Shown here: positions 16,820 to 30,700 of the stretch, piece after piece
Layout of the letters: the number at the start of each line of letters is the position of its first letter
Numbering within the stretch: position 1 is the stretch's first letter
Source: Ministeria vibrans ATCC 50519
Lineage: Eukaryota > Protista > Filasterea
Direction: 5' to 3'
Assembly: GCA_943704425.1 (NCBI GenBank)
Contig: CALSCP010001920.1
Location: 1 to 58,941, forward strand
DNA length: 58,941 nucleotides
The notes under the pieces: model-generated
Database searches by the model: none
The model's input: only the letters and a program-made list of their open reading frames with translations
What the model was told of the DNA's origin: nothing
Translations under genes and position numbers: made by a program

Positions 16820-16937
16820 TGTGATGTGGGTTGCGAAAAATTAAAAAAAATCTGAAATATTTTCTGATGAGTTAATTTTTGTCATCGACTCACCAAAACT
16901 CAAAAGTAAATTTTTCTTCTGTCTTTCTTTCGCTGCA

Positions 16938-17517
16938 ATGGAGATCAGCTCTAAGGAAGATCTTTTGTCGATTGGGGAGGCGTTTGCCATCACAGCAAGA
17001 CGGCAGGCGCAACAAGAGCGCAGTTGGTCGATGAAAGACCGACGTGAGTATGTCGCTCGAATGCAGGGCGTTTGGAGCAAGTCCTTGGAGGACATTAAGC
17101 GACGTGTGCTTGTGGGCGGTCTTCCCTTGACGGAAGGCTCAAAAAGTGTCCATAAAGGTACGGATTGGGAAAGGGCGAATTTTGAAAATTACAATTTGAA
17201 TCGCAAACGTCAAATACACACTCACAGAGAGTTGTTTGAATCTATGCGTATGCGCAAGTGGGTTACACTGCGTACCAATAAACCTGTGTGTGTAGTGGTG
17301 GAGCCAGTAAATCGCGAAAAGAAGGAGAAACTCAAAGGGATTCTGGTCAGCGTCAACACGCTGGTCCTGTCGCTCGCCGCACAGCGCCGCAGCGCCGCCC
17401 CGGAGCTTGCCGACGCCTTCAATGCAACCATGGCAGCCGTTCAGCAGAGTATCGACGCTGCCGATGCCGAATTGCAGGCGCCCCAAGCCGATACGTCCGA
17501 TGTGTCACTCAGTCAAG
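16938..17517 (+). CDS. Probable kinetochore MIS12-complex subunit Nsl1/Mis14; 3' part lost in the assembly gap
   Basis: EISSKEDLLSI...RVLVGGLPL...|VVEPVNREKKEKL...LAAQRRSAAPEL resembles the Mis14/Nsl1 pattern as I recall it. Intron 17158-17295, next donor at 17518. Confidence 0.45.
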
Positions 17518-17538
17518 GTAAGTTCGTTTTTTTTTTTT

Positions 17539-17970
17539 NNNNNNNNNNNNNNNNNNNNNNNNNNNNNNNNNNNNNNNNNNNNNNNNNNNNNNNNNNNNNN
17601 NNNNNNNNNNNNNNNNNNNNNNNNNNNNNNNNNNNNNNNNNNNNNNNNNNNNNNNNNNNNNNNNNNNNNNNNNNNNNNNNNNNNNNNNNNNNNNNNNNNN
17701 NNNNNNNNNNNNNNNNNNNNNNNNNNNNNNNNNNNNNNNNNNNNNNNNNNNNNNNNNNNNNNNNNNNNNNNNNNNNNNNNNNNNNNNNNNNNNNNNNNNN
17801 NNNNNNNNNNNNNNNNNNNNNNNNNNNNNNNNNNNNNNNNNNNNNNNNNNNNNNNNNNNNNNNNNNNNNNNNNNNNNNNNNNNNNNNNNNNNNNNNNNNN
17901 NNNNNNNNNNNNNNNNNNNNNNNNNNNNNNNNNNNNNNNNNNNNNNNNNNNNNNNNNNNNNNNNNNNNNN
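17539..17970. other. Assembly gap (N run)
   Basis: 432 Ns flanked by poly-T and (TC)n. Confidence 1.

Positions 17971-18057
<87 letters not shown>
17971..18057. repeat. (TC)n microsatellite
   Basis: Directly visible at the gap edge. Confidence 0.97.
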
Positions 18058-18069
<12 letters not shown>

Positions 18070-18093
18070 GTCTATCTCTTCTCGGCATTGTGC

Positions 18094-18796
18094 TTACAAT
18101 AGAGGATCGGTTCCGTTCCAATCAATTAGTGCGTTGGGCCATTTGGTCCGAATGCAATGCTCAATGGGCGAAATCAGTTCCTTTGAATCATGACTCACTC
18201 GCTCCGCTCCTTCAAAACTAACCTGCAAACAAAGCAGCAATGAGACAATAAAAAAGGAGAAACCCCGCAACACAAGTGAAAGGTTACAGTCATTAAGATG
18301 GGATCCGTTTGGTTCGCAAGACCGTCATAATAGTGCAAGTGAAAGGACTCTTTTGGCTGAGCAGACGCACAGAGTGATACTGAGTGGTTTGTCGGTGCAT
18401 CAGTGCTGAACAATATTGAGTAGTGGCTTTCACTGCACACAATCCAGATGGGATTGATAGGATCTTTCAGAAACGATCCGACCTATTAGAAAAACCCATA
18501 GTAATGAGAATCATCATCAACAATGAAAATAATGAGAGAAGGATCATAATTTATGTACTTTGCACGAGTTGTAATGCTCAAAAAGGGACAAAAGACCGAC
18601 TTGACATTGCTCAGAGACACCCTATGAATGATAAAAAGGTGTGATAATAACTCAAAGGAAGCAAGAATGAGGTATAACAACTGACTTTGAGGGTAACATG
18701 GTCAGAGTTTGAGTCTGACTTGAGAGTGACAGTTCCATTGAATACGTTAGAAGTGGCGCGCCCCGTCACAATGAGATTCACCATATTCTAATTATA

Positions 18797-18842
<46 letters not shown>

Positions 18843-21333
18843 TAAGGATATTATAATAATAATAATAATAAGGATTGCATGGTGAGCGTTAACGTTCGAG
18901 CGTGGGTCATATTAGTAATGGGGTATACGTACCTGGGTGCAGTAAAAATGGGCGCCCATCAGTCGCATGTGCGGCTCATCCAGGTCGAGACGGACACGGT
19001 TGACGGAGCGGGTGAGCACAAGCGCATAAAGCACGAGCACAAGACCGTAGTCGGCGGCGAGTGCGCCCGCGCGCACGTGCGTCGACAAGAAGGCGCTGAG
19101 GTCGGGGCGTGTTGCAAAAGAGTATATCAGGAGTGTCTCGGTGAGCGAGTCGGGTCGATAGTGCGCGGAAAAGGGCACTTTCTTCTGTGTGCGACGCTCA
19201 AAGGGCGACAAGTTGGAGTCGGGGAGTGCAAAGAGAACGCACGTCGAGTCGGAGTCGCAGGAGCTCGCACGGAAGAGCATCTCAGTGAGGGCCGTGACAA
19301 GCGCACTCTCACGCGCACTGTTAGATGGTGACACCACTAGTGTACTTGGACTCGCACTGCTTTGCTGCATTAACTGCGCCAGAATCAATCCTTGGATGGC
19401 TGCGAGTGCCCCACACGGACCGCCTGGATGCCAAAGCAATTGCGAACATATTAGTACAAAAGGAAAAACTTGAAGTTTGAGCGAGTTTCTGCTGTAATAT
19501 ACATTTTTATGTCGTATTGTGTCCTGCGTATAAGTACCTTTGAGTTGGACGAGACCGTATTCCAATTGCGGAAGATCACAGAAGAAGAGACCCTAATTAT
19601 ATTATATAAAAGATATTAATATTCGACAAGAGTAGTAGTATAAATTATTATGCATATATGAGAATAATTAAGGGACATTGAAGTGAAACATGGGAATAGA
19701 GGAAATCAAATAAAACTCAACTGATCGCCGAGACCTGTTGACGCCACTCGGCATTAAAGAGGGCATTTTGATCGCCAAGAAAAAGACGTCTGAGTTGACA
19801 GGCGGTGTGTTCGGTGATGCGGGTACAGGTGAGGGTCCGGGGACGACGGCGGGGGTGCAAGTGGCGGGCTGACGTATGGTTGGTGTCGTCGGGTGCAGTG
19901 CGGTGGCCATGAGAGTCGTTAACGGAGGAGGAGGAGGAGGAGGAGGGGTCTTCGCAAACAAGTAGGTCTTCAACGTGTCGTGCCGTTTGGCTGATGCGCG
20001 CGCCCACGTCGTCGTTCTCGTTGTCGTTAGTGTCGATAGTACTAATTATATTGTTGTTGTTGCTGTTGTTGTTGTTGTGATGGTCCAGCGCGGAGATGAT
20101 CGTATTGTCGCGTGTGCCTTTTGCCTTTAATGCAGTGGTAGTGTCTGCGCTTGTGCAGGTGCCTGTGTTGGCCGGGGGATGCGAGCGGGTGAATGTTGAG
20201 TCGGCATCCCAAGCGCTTGTACTGGGAACTGCTGTTTCTGCTGATGTTGCGTCGCTGTACATGTTGTGATTAATATCACTGTCGAAAGAGAATGCTTCTT
20301 GGGGTGTCATGTCGTCGGAGGCGGAGCTTGCAATTGTTGATGGGGCGAAAAAATTGGTGTGTTTCGACGAGGTGTCGCGGCGTCGACCATGGCGTCGTTG
20401 TGCTCCACGAGTCGACAGGGCTGTCGACGCCGATGTGGCTCGACGTGCGTTTAATGTTGACGACGCCGGTACCGGTACTGTGGTATTCGTGTCAGTGTTC
20501 CTGACTTGCAGCAACTCCACGTCTGACAGAATCGTCTCGGTAGTCTCGCTCAAACCCACGCTTGAAGTTGAGCTAGAGACCCGGTGCGCTTTCATCACTT
20601 CAACATCATAGAGTGCATGGGACGCGGACGACGTCGACGTTGAAGTCTCGCGATCGCCCATGATCACGGGATGCGCAGACTGAGACGCACTCGCGGTGAA
20701 TGGTTTAGCCAACTTGCGCTCCTTCTCGCCCGCCGGTTGGGAATGCGCCATATTATAACTGGACGACTCGTCCTGAAAATGCACAATGATCATCTCTAGC
20801 ATACTGAGACTGGGGCCCTGGCTCTGCTGTGAGTTTGATCGAGCACGACGGACAAGCGATTCGATGTTCATTCGACGTGCAAGCTCTGTGCGACTGGAAA
20901 TGCTGAAAGAAAAGAGTTGCTCTTGATGAGGCTTAAGCTTGACTGTGCGGGCACACAGGTACACATATTGTACACACACATATGCATACACATGTATACA
21001 CACACACTCTTTCTAGTCTCTCTCTTTTACTTCACTAGTTTGTTTCCTCTCTTGCTCTCCTCTTTCTCTCTCTCTCTCTCTCTCTCTACTCTCACTCGCT
21101 CTTTTTCTGTTCAAACTGATCATGACTGTAATACCTTTCAGCATTTCTAGGATGTTCCACATCCATTGTCGCCAAGGTGTCTTTCAAGCCTCGACGAGCA
21201 AGGAACTATAAATATTTTGGCCATAATAATAATAATTATTATTATTATTTTTGACATTGATTGACGTTAAAAAGCTATCAACATTTTCGTCTCTTACTTC
21301 TCTAATGACTGCCAAGGCTAACTCCTCGGTCAT
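18094..21333 (-). CDS. MINDY4: MINDY-4 (FAM188B) type deubiquitinase, multi-exon
   Basis: MTEELALAVIRE|FLARRGLKDTLATMD N-terminus, YGLVQLK|GGPCGALAAIQ catalytic-Cys motif, YCTQ, MVNLIVTGRATSNVFNG, PIWIVCSESHYSILF, YYDGLANQ and SPIEHCIRTKWPNALIDWNGTDPLL*. Confidence 0.9.
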
Positions 21334-21755
21334 TTCCAAGTGCAGTAAAACAAAAAAAAAGTTGTCGTAAACTGAAACGGTAAACTCGTTATTAAATAAT
21401 AATTATTATTGTCTTGAGAGAACAGACAATCAACTACATTATCTGTATGATCATTGTATGACGTCCACGCTGACCTGACCAAATCATAGCGCCCCTACCC
21501 CAAGGCCCAACGGCGCATACATGCAATGCATGCAATCATGGGAAAGCGTGTTCGAAGCAGAAGGTATTATTGGGTTAGTATATGACTTGTTCAACTTGTT
21601 CTCCATATTATATAATAATGATCGGATGATTAAATAATAATAAATTATTTATTATTATTAAGTGTAATAAAATTCTTAAGCATTGAAAAGTAACAAAAAA
21701 AGAGAGGGAAAGAACAAAGAAAGAAAAACAGCAAAAAAAAATAAAATAACAAGAA

Positions 21756-24700
21756 CTAAGTTCGGAAGCTGGCAGTGGACGAGCCAAGATCAGTGATGGT
21801 GCGCGGATGATGCGTTGAATAGTCGGGGGATCGGCCGGGCGAGGACATAGTGGGAGACTCTTGGAGAAGACCGCTGCCCTCGGTCATGTGAAGCACGGTC
21901 AGATGGTCGTGCGTGCTCTCGGCGGCCCGCAGCATCGCCGAGTTGTCGCCGTTGGTGTCGTAGTCGTACACCTCACGCATCTTCATCTGGCCGTGCGCCT
22001 TAAGTTGGTGATCACGGTACAGAATCGCCACGACAATGCAGCCCATAATGACTAGCGCAATAGTGAGCCCAACAATGGCACCCGTGCTCAGTCGCGGCGA
22101 TCCACTGCTTGACGACAGACTGTACACGGCGTACTCGTCGCACACGGGCACTTCGTTGCCGTCTGTCGCATCACTCTCTGCAGTCGTTGTGCCACAGTTG
22201 TACTCGCTAAACGACGACGTCGAGCTGCTCGTGTCGCGACGACGACTCGACGGGAGCTCTAACAACGCTCGCACGGGAACTATGCCGGAGACGGTCTTGC
22301 CTGTGTCCGGCAGGAACACAATACGCAACGGCACAAGCGTCTGACGGCTTGTCGACGAGCTCGCTGACACATACACAACTCGCACACGCACTGCAACCTC
22401 CACGTCGTCTGCGCCCGTGACGCCCAGATCGGAGAGCGAGACAAAGTCCACCTCCACGTCCGTCACGTCTTCGCCGAGCGCCCACAGTGGCGGCACCTCA
22501 ACACGCACACGCTCCCACACACGAGTCGCGCCACTCCCGTCGCCTGTCTTGTTCGCACGCGACGCCACAGGAATGTCAAAGACGTACTCTTCGCTGGACT
22601 CCGAGCTCACAGCGAGCGTCACCAGAGTCGCCGTATCCGTATCTTTGCCACGAATCACCGCGCCGTCGCTCACACTCGTGTTGCTCAGCGACACCTGGTT
22701 CACCGCCGTCACGCGGCACGTGAGCCGCGTAGTGCGCGTGCGGTTCACTGCGGCAACATCCATCACAGCAACTCCGGCACGCATGCGCGCCTCGTCTGCC
22801 GTGATCACCTCGCGTGCTTGCACATGACCAAATGGTCCCAACATCTCCACTGTCACCGACACCAGTGGCGAGTGTGTCTCAACCACAGACCAGCGACAGG
22901 CCAAGTCGCCATAGCGCGTCACCGAGTCCACGTCGTGCGTCGACTTGCCGTCCCACACACGCACCATTGGCGCACTCGAGTCCTTCACCACAACCACGCT
23001 CGAGGTGACCGGGACGCTGAGCAACGAGGCACGGTTGCGTGCCCGTGCGTGCACCAATAGCGCAGTGCCGTCCGCATAAGCCGTCAGGTTTTGTGTCGCC
23101 GCCAGGGACGCCCCATCCACAGTCTGACCCAGGGTGGTCCAAGTGGCAGACAGCGGTACCGCCCGAAGACGGTTGACGGCGCTCGCATTTGCCTGTGCAT
23201 TGGTCGAAGAAAAGTCGACACTGACCGTGGTGTAGGCAACGAGAACATCGACGGAAAGGGACGCATTGAGCGTGTCTACGGCATTCAATACAGTGTACGA
23301 CAGCAGCGACACATCGCTGTTCAGGTACACTGTGCTTGACACACCAAAGTTCTGCACATCCACCGACGCAACAGTCGGTGGACTGCCGGCACCCATGTAC
23401 GACACGGGACGCGTCACGCTCGTGACAACTCCAAGCGAGTTGGTGGCAGATACCTCTACCTGGAGAATTCTGTCGTTGTTGCCGACGACCAACTGGACAA
23501 GAACGCGCTTCTCGGGAGCCACCACTCCCGGCACGGTGCGCCACTCGGCCGGCGCTGCCGAGTCCGTCGCATTCACGTACACTCGCACACGCACGCGAAT
23601 CACAAGCGACTCATCGTCCCTCGTCTCGACGTAGATTGGAAAGGAAGGCAACGCCGGTGCATAGAGCGCACCCTGCGTGGCCAGGCTCGATGGAAGTATT
23701 CCCAATCTGGCGACGGGTGGAGTCAAATCCACAACCACAGTCGACGCGACCACGTCACGGCACAACGCTGCCAGGTTGCAGCACGACACAGTCTTGCGGT
23801 ACCTCTTGCCGTGCGCCAAACTCAAGTCTGTCTGGTTCGCTTCAAGTGCCGGCGCATAGATGCGGGGCGACACCCAAGTTGCGTTCGTATCCGTCTCCAA
23901 TACGGTCACCTGACAGTGCGAACAGCTTGAGTCGGGATCGACACAGGTGCTCCAGGCAGTCGCCGTGTACGTTGTCTCGTCAATCGCCTCTACCCCCCGC
24001 CAGTCGTCGCTGGTCACCGTAAACACGCGTGGTGGTGTCACGTCGAGAATGTTGTACTCGGCGGGACGCGTGGTGTTCACCAGGACACCATCGGAGCGCG
24101 CACACACCTCAAGATTCAGCGGGTTTCGCCCACACACGTGTGCATAGTACACCTGACCATTGGACAGCAACAGTCCACTCAGCTGCGCCATGGTGCTCAG
24201 TCCTATGTCAACCCACTTGGTGACCGTTGCCACGTCCGTTGAGACACTCGCGCCAGCACGGTAGCGCATATCGCGACCCTGCGGCCACGTCGCCGGTGTG
24301 TAGCCAGTCCACGCGGACGCATCTTGTCCGACCAAGGGAAATCGTGTGCCCACCGCGGCAACATAGGTGCCCACAAGAGGTGCCGACGTCGCATCGTAGA
24401 ATCCGTGCACATTCACAAACATGGTGGTGGTGCTCGCCTGCTGCGACTCGTCCACATCAAAGAGCCCATCCAGAACAGTGCCTGCCGTGGGTGCCGTCGT
24501 GTCAATTACAATGCCATTGCTACACACCGTGTCCGAGAGCAAATTCGCTTCATTGCGTGCACGCACACACGGAATCAGACGCACACCGGTGGGCAAGTCC
24601 GAGAGCGACGCGTCGGCCGCCGTAAACGTGTGCACGCCCGTCATGTTGGCACTCGCCTCGCTCGTAAGCCAGTCCACAAGCACGTTTGCAGCACCAAATG

Positions 24701-27700
24701 TCGAGGTAAGTACGCCCGTGCCCGACGCACGCACCTCATTATAGTCGATGGGGAGCTTGTCGCTCGGAAGCGTCTGCTTCACCAGCGCCACTTCGATGCT
24801 CATGCTTGTTGCCTGCTCCACAAACTGTTGGTAGCTAAAGGTAAAGTTGTCGCGGTACAACTGAAAATCGTACACCTGCGTGTTAAAGTCGGGTCCATCG
24901 CTGACAATGCCTGCCCTAGGCGGCTCGTTTACAATGGTAAACGAACCCGAGACGGCGCGTCGACGCGACGATGCCGACGACGAAAATATTTTCTCCATGC
25001 CTGCACCGTTGCGCACGCGCAACGTCACACTGCCTGTGAACGCATTTGGCAATGACGCCACGGAAAAGGTCGCACCGGTACAGGCACCGGGAGAAAGTGT
25101 CGTTGGCGACATCACATCAAATTGACCCGCACGCGAGCCCAGACCCCATTGGCACAGGCTGATGCCACTCTCGTCGTCCATCACGCCCCACGTCACCGTC
25201 ACCGAGCTCGACACGAGCGCAGGCGGAAGCGTAATCGCTTGGCTGAGAACGGGCGCCGTGCGGTCCACCGTCACGGCGAGTGTGCTAAACGTACGCGACA
25301 GGGTACGGTGGTCCTCAAACTCGACCGAGACCTTGTAGGAAGCACCATTGAAAAGGGTCGTGGTGAAACAACGACGACCACCAATTGTCGGCGGTGGCGC
25401 CGTGTGCGTGTTCAGAATATGCGCGGTCGCATTGAAAATAACCACTTCCTCGAGCACGACTGACGTCCCGCCATTGAGCAGACGCAACACACCCATGTTA
25501 AGGCCGCTGTGGCGATCTTCCCAGTTGCTCCAGCGCGCGCACAACTTGCCATCGTGCGTCACATAGGTTCCCGAGGTAATATCCTCAAGATCAACGCGCC
25601 CCGTCGTCAGAGGCGCCTCAGTGTCGACAAGAAGAGACGACGTGCGGTCGCGCACAGACGTTCGCGCTCCATTTTCTGCCTCCATTTCAATCACTACCGA
25701 AGTGCCACTCTCCAGCGAAAGCGACGATTCGCACACCTTTGTCGTCGACACACTCGACACGACGGTCCAGTCGGTCAGAGCCGTGCCGTTGGCAAGAGAG
25801 ACGCGCCAGCGCACCACGTACACACCCGAATCGTCATCGCGAATCCCCGAAAAGACGGCACAAATCGTGCTGGTCGACGACGTCGTATAGGCTGTCTGGC
25901 CATTCAAAAGCTCACGCGTCAGCACCCCACTCGCCGACGTGTCAATCTCGAGTGACCCAATCACGGGTGCAGAGGGATCCACAGCAAGAGCAACCGACTC
26001 GCGCACCGTCGTGAGACCCGCGGCGTTGGTGGCGCGTACGGAGGCACGGAAGAGCGCCTCAATGAGCACACTTGTGCGATTGAGCTCGACCACGGCCGTG
26101 TCGTTGTACAGGTGCATGTGAGCCGTTTCGTTAAAGTTGAGCGCCGCGAGAACCCAGTCGCTTGCGTTGCCCTGGATGAATTGCTGCTGCAGTGCGCGGT
26201 ACGAGTACGGGTACATGTCGTCAAAGGCACCGGCGACCGTGCCAAACGCAATCTCGTACTGTGTCAGCGGCGTCTCATCATCTGCAAAATCTCGCCAGCG
26301 CACACACAGATCACCAACCGCCGGCACAAAGGCGACATTGGCAACGCCTGTATGTCGGGTGCGTGCACGGTAAAAGCCCGTCAGACGCAACTCGGCGGGG
26401 TTACATGCGCCAATCACCTCGCCACCCGTGGGTGCCGTCTGGTCACAAATGACGCCGTCGCTCTCCTCACGTGTAAACACACCCGCAGCATTGTACGCCC
26501 ACACCCGCGTCACAATCGTCTTCTCGACGATCGCCGTTGCCACACAAATACTCGTGTTGCCACCCACACTAATGCGTGGTTGCACCACCGCCGAGCTCTC
26601 CTTCTCGAGGATCTCCACGTCGTAGCGCACTACACCGCCCGCCGTCAAGTCCACAAACCCGTCCCAATTGGCACAGACGACGCCTGCCTGGACGGCACAG
26701 CTCTCGTAGTTTACGTCCCTGAACGACGCCCCGTCGCGCACAACACCATCAGTGGGACCCGTGTGCACAGCTCGCACAACAGGTGCACTCGCGGTCGCCG
26801 TAAGCCCACTCGCGGTCGTCAGACGGACACGCACAAAGTAATCCTGGCGATCGTACAGTTGCACCGAAATACACACGTGACGTCGGTCCGCGGCCAGACG
26901 CGCCGACTCAACCAGATTGGGAGCGTCGCTTGCGCTCTCGTTGTGTACCGTCACTGTGTAGAAGGCGCCCGGTGTGTGCGAGTCGCGGAAGCGGCCCCAT
27001 ACCAGACACAGACGCTCGCGTGTCGACACATAGGCGACACTCATGTTCGCCGTAAACTGCACCGCCGTCGCACCCGCCTCCACCTGAGAAATGTCCACAC
27101 CCAAGGCTGCCTGCCACGCAGCAAGGGACAGTTCGGGTGTGACCAAGACCACACCGGCAACGGGTGGGGTGTAGTCATACACAATGGGTCCCGACGAAAC
27201 GACCGAGACAAGACCGGCGAGGTTTGTGGCACGCACATACGCATAGTAGGTGGTGCCCAGCGCCAGCGTCAGGTCCTTGAACGTGTGCGTGGTCGTGTGG
27301 TGGAGCGTGGGCACATTGACAAAGGTTGCCGAGGCACTGTCGAGAGTACTCAGCGACACGGCCACCGTCAGAGTTGAGTTGGTGTCCTCGACAAAGTCGG
27401 TCCACTGAATCGCAAGCGAGTTGCTCTCCTCAACAAGGTACTTGACACCATCGGCGGCCGCCGCTTCGTGCACAACCACGTCGGCAACGGAAATGGAGCC
27501 GTTGGCAGGTGGCGTCGAGTCCACCATAAAGCCGTCAGAGAAGCCCGTGGCCCACACGTCGAGAGAGTCGCGTCCGCGCACGACTACAACATAGGCTTCG
27601 CCCTGAACCAACGCCAGGCCATGTTCGCCGTTCGTGTCGTTGAGCGACACGCAAATGAGCTCGCTGGGTTCTTCGGTGCCCGTAAACAACGACGTGTCGA

Positions 27701-30700
27701 CAGCCTGCCAGTAAAGAGCGTCCACCAGTCCCGGCAGTGTGCCAATAGCCCAGTCGTAGTCGACCATAGTCGCATTGGGCGTACTAAACGCCTCAAAGCA
27801 CACGCCAAATTGCTTCAAACTGTCGTGCACCGCAATATCCGTCTGAGAGTCACCGTCGTACACGGCACCCGCCTCAGGCAGACCCTCGCGATAGACAGCA
27901 CCGTCCGACCAAGACGTGGTTGTCATGGCAAGTCCATTGGTCGCGTTCACCGTCACGTAGTAACGCGTAAACTCCACGAGTGACAGCTCGTCAAAGGTTA
28001 CGTCGGTCGCAAGGCCCACGTCTCGCGAGGGTACCACGTCGCAGAGACGCGGTCGTGTACCCAGGCACACATGGTACGCAACAATACTCGACTGAGGCTC
28101 GATGAAGCCGACGCGGTCCTTATCGCCCGCAAACTCAAAGTCACTCTGCTTGCTTGTAAACAGCTTCACGGGCGACTGACGCACATACAAGTGCACGGCA
28201 GCCGGATAGGCAGCCGCACAGGTCACGTCGTTGCCGTTGCACACTTTTGGTGCGCCCACATCGGGCTCGTAGGCATTTGACGAGCGCGCATCCGTGTCGG
28301 GATAGCGCGGCTCGGCGTACGTCGCATCATTGAGCATGGCAAGTGTCTCGGCAAGACGATCCGCATTCTCGGCAAGATCCACATGGCCAAGACCCGCCGC
28401 CTCTTCGGGCACGGCCTTCTCGGTAAGAGAAATCATGGCCAACGAGTCGCGCGCCGCACCAATAATGTCCACCAGCGACAACGAGTTGCTGTCAAGCGAA
28501 CTGTCCTGGAATCGATTGTTCATCCAGTCAGCAACTTGGGGTGCCACCGCACGGCAGCGGCGCACTCGTTCGGCAACGGCGGCCGAAGCGGACGCAGTGC
28601 ACGACGGGACACTTGCCGTCGAGCACGACGTCACCGTCTTGCACACGTGCACACGTGGCACAGCCTTGGCCCGACAATCGGGTGGCGACACCGTGCGGTT
28701 CACAGCGGCACCTAGTGGAACCATGGCGCCGCACACCGGTAACCAGACGCGCGCAGCAAGAGGATGAACCTCAAATGTCTGTGCGCCCACCACGGCCGCA
28801 AGGGAATCCGAGATGACCGCGTGGGCCTTGCCACCCAACATATCGGCCATGGAGCAGACGCAGCGTGTGGCGGCGACACGCGTCGCCGTGCTAAACCCTC
28901 GCTCAGCACACGCCATCTTGCATGCACTCGCACTTGCGGGTGTTGGCACAATAACCAGCGTCTCTGTGTCGCTGCGTAGCGCCGCAAAATCACCCAACAC
29001 ACTCGCAACAACCCCGGTGAGCGTCGCCGGAGGGGTCACCGTCTTGCTCGTCTGATAGATGCTCATGTGAAGAGGACCGCCACAGACGACGGACGGATCA
29101 CCGCCGCAGGTCGAATTGCAGAAGGAGTCACCGACGCGTCCATCGCCAACGGGCGGAGCATTGCCACACGCACAGGTGGTTCCAGCGTGCACACCAAAGT
29201 AGGCGTAGCTGCTGCAAAGCGCGCGGCATACCTCGGGTGTCATGGCCGCGTTGGTCGTCAACGAGATAGACACGGGCAGTGTGCCATCTGATGATTGGTG
29301 TGCATAGCATCCGCGGTAGGTCGATTCCTTGCGTGTAAACACACTCATTTGCTTTGCTGTACCTCCACACTTTTGCGAAGTCTCGCCATACGGCGCCTCG
29401 CACGCGACACAACCTTGGGAGGCGGTGAGCGCGTCGAGCGAAGGTGCACAGTAGCAACCGCCACCCTGACGAACGACACTGTAGAGGAAACCCGCATCGG
29501 AACAGGCATTGTTACAGCCATCGACGGTGCCCGTCGTTGCAGCAATGCCACGTGGAAACTCAAACAACTCGGGGGTCGCCTCGCCCGATGCCAGACACAT
29601 GCATCCAAGATCTTCCTTGAGCGACACATACTCTCGGTTGTTGACTGCACACAAAAAGCGACAGGCACCCGGCGTGAGATCGTCGCTGCCAAAGGCAAGG
29701 GGGAGTGCAGCACCTCCCTGGGCAAATGCGTCCGTCGACGTGTTGTGTACCACGTTGAACACGTAGCGTGGAACAGTGGCGCGGCCATCTTCAAGCTGCT
29801 CGCTAAACGCAAGGTGCTCGTCGACGTAACAGCCCACGTACTCCCATGCAGCGTCATCGTACACGCGCGCCGTGTCACACAGACGCTCGCCCGTCGCCAG
29901 ACGATCCGGCACAAAGTCACACACGCCCGAGGTGCAAGTACGCGATGCACAGAGGTCGGACGAGTCGCACTGCTTGCCTTGCGGCACATCACCGTGGAGC
30001 CAGACACACGCACCCGTGGTGGCATCGCGGGGATCGTCTTCGCTCGCACACAATGCGCGCTGGTGAACACCGAACACTTGAACTTCGGCCAGGGACAGAT
30101 GATTGCCCGAGGGCAACTCCACACGTACAAGGCGTACATTGTCGACGTGCTGGCCAATATCCCAGGTGTAATCACGGAGGATGCTATTGAACGCAGGCGA
30201 CCGCTTCAACTCGGTGTGATCCTCGCCCAAAAGCACAACCTGGAAGCCAACAATAGCACCGCCATAGCACGCACCCACACCGGTACAGCCGTCCCACCGA
30301 TTGTAGACGCGCACCGCGTCCACCCGGTTGCTCGAGTGCAAATCAACCTGCCACCAAGGCGAGTCCGTGTTTTGCGTGTAGGAGACAGTGTACGAGCTGA
30401 GCGTGCCGGCCGGAAAGCCGTCAATGGCATACGACGCCGGATACGAGCCAGACGAACCACTCTGTGTGGCCGTTGCCGTGCGCTCTAACGCCAAATTTTT
30501 GTTGCTGCTCGCCGTGCTGTACACCTCAATTTCCTCCAAAGCAATCCCGTACGCACCCGAGGCACGCTCCAGATAGATGAATCGTACGTTCTTGACGACG
30601 TCATCGAGCTCGATGAAGTCTTTGTTCGCCACAGACACGCCGTACTTGGCAAGCAGGTTGCTGGTAGCACCATCGCGGTAGTACACCGTAAAGGTGTTCG

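Noticed and set aside
16820-16937. Heat-shock element upstream of Hsp110
   Set aside because: No canonical nGAAnnTTCnnGAAn array; the GAA/TTC spacing in CTGAAATATTTTCTG is wrong.
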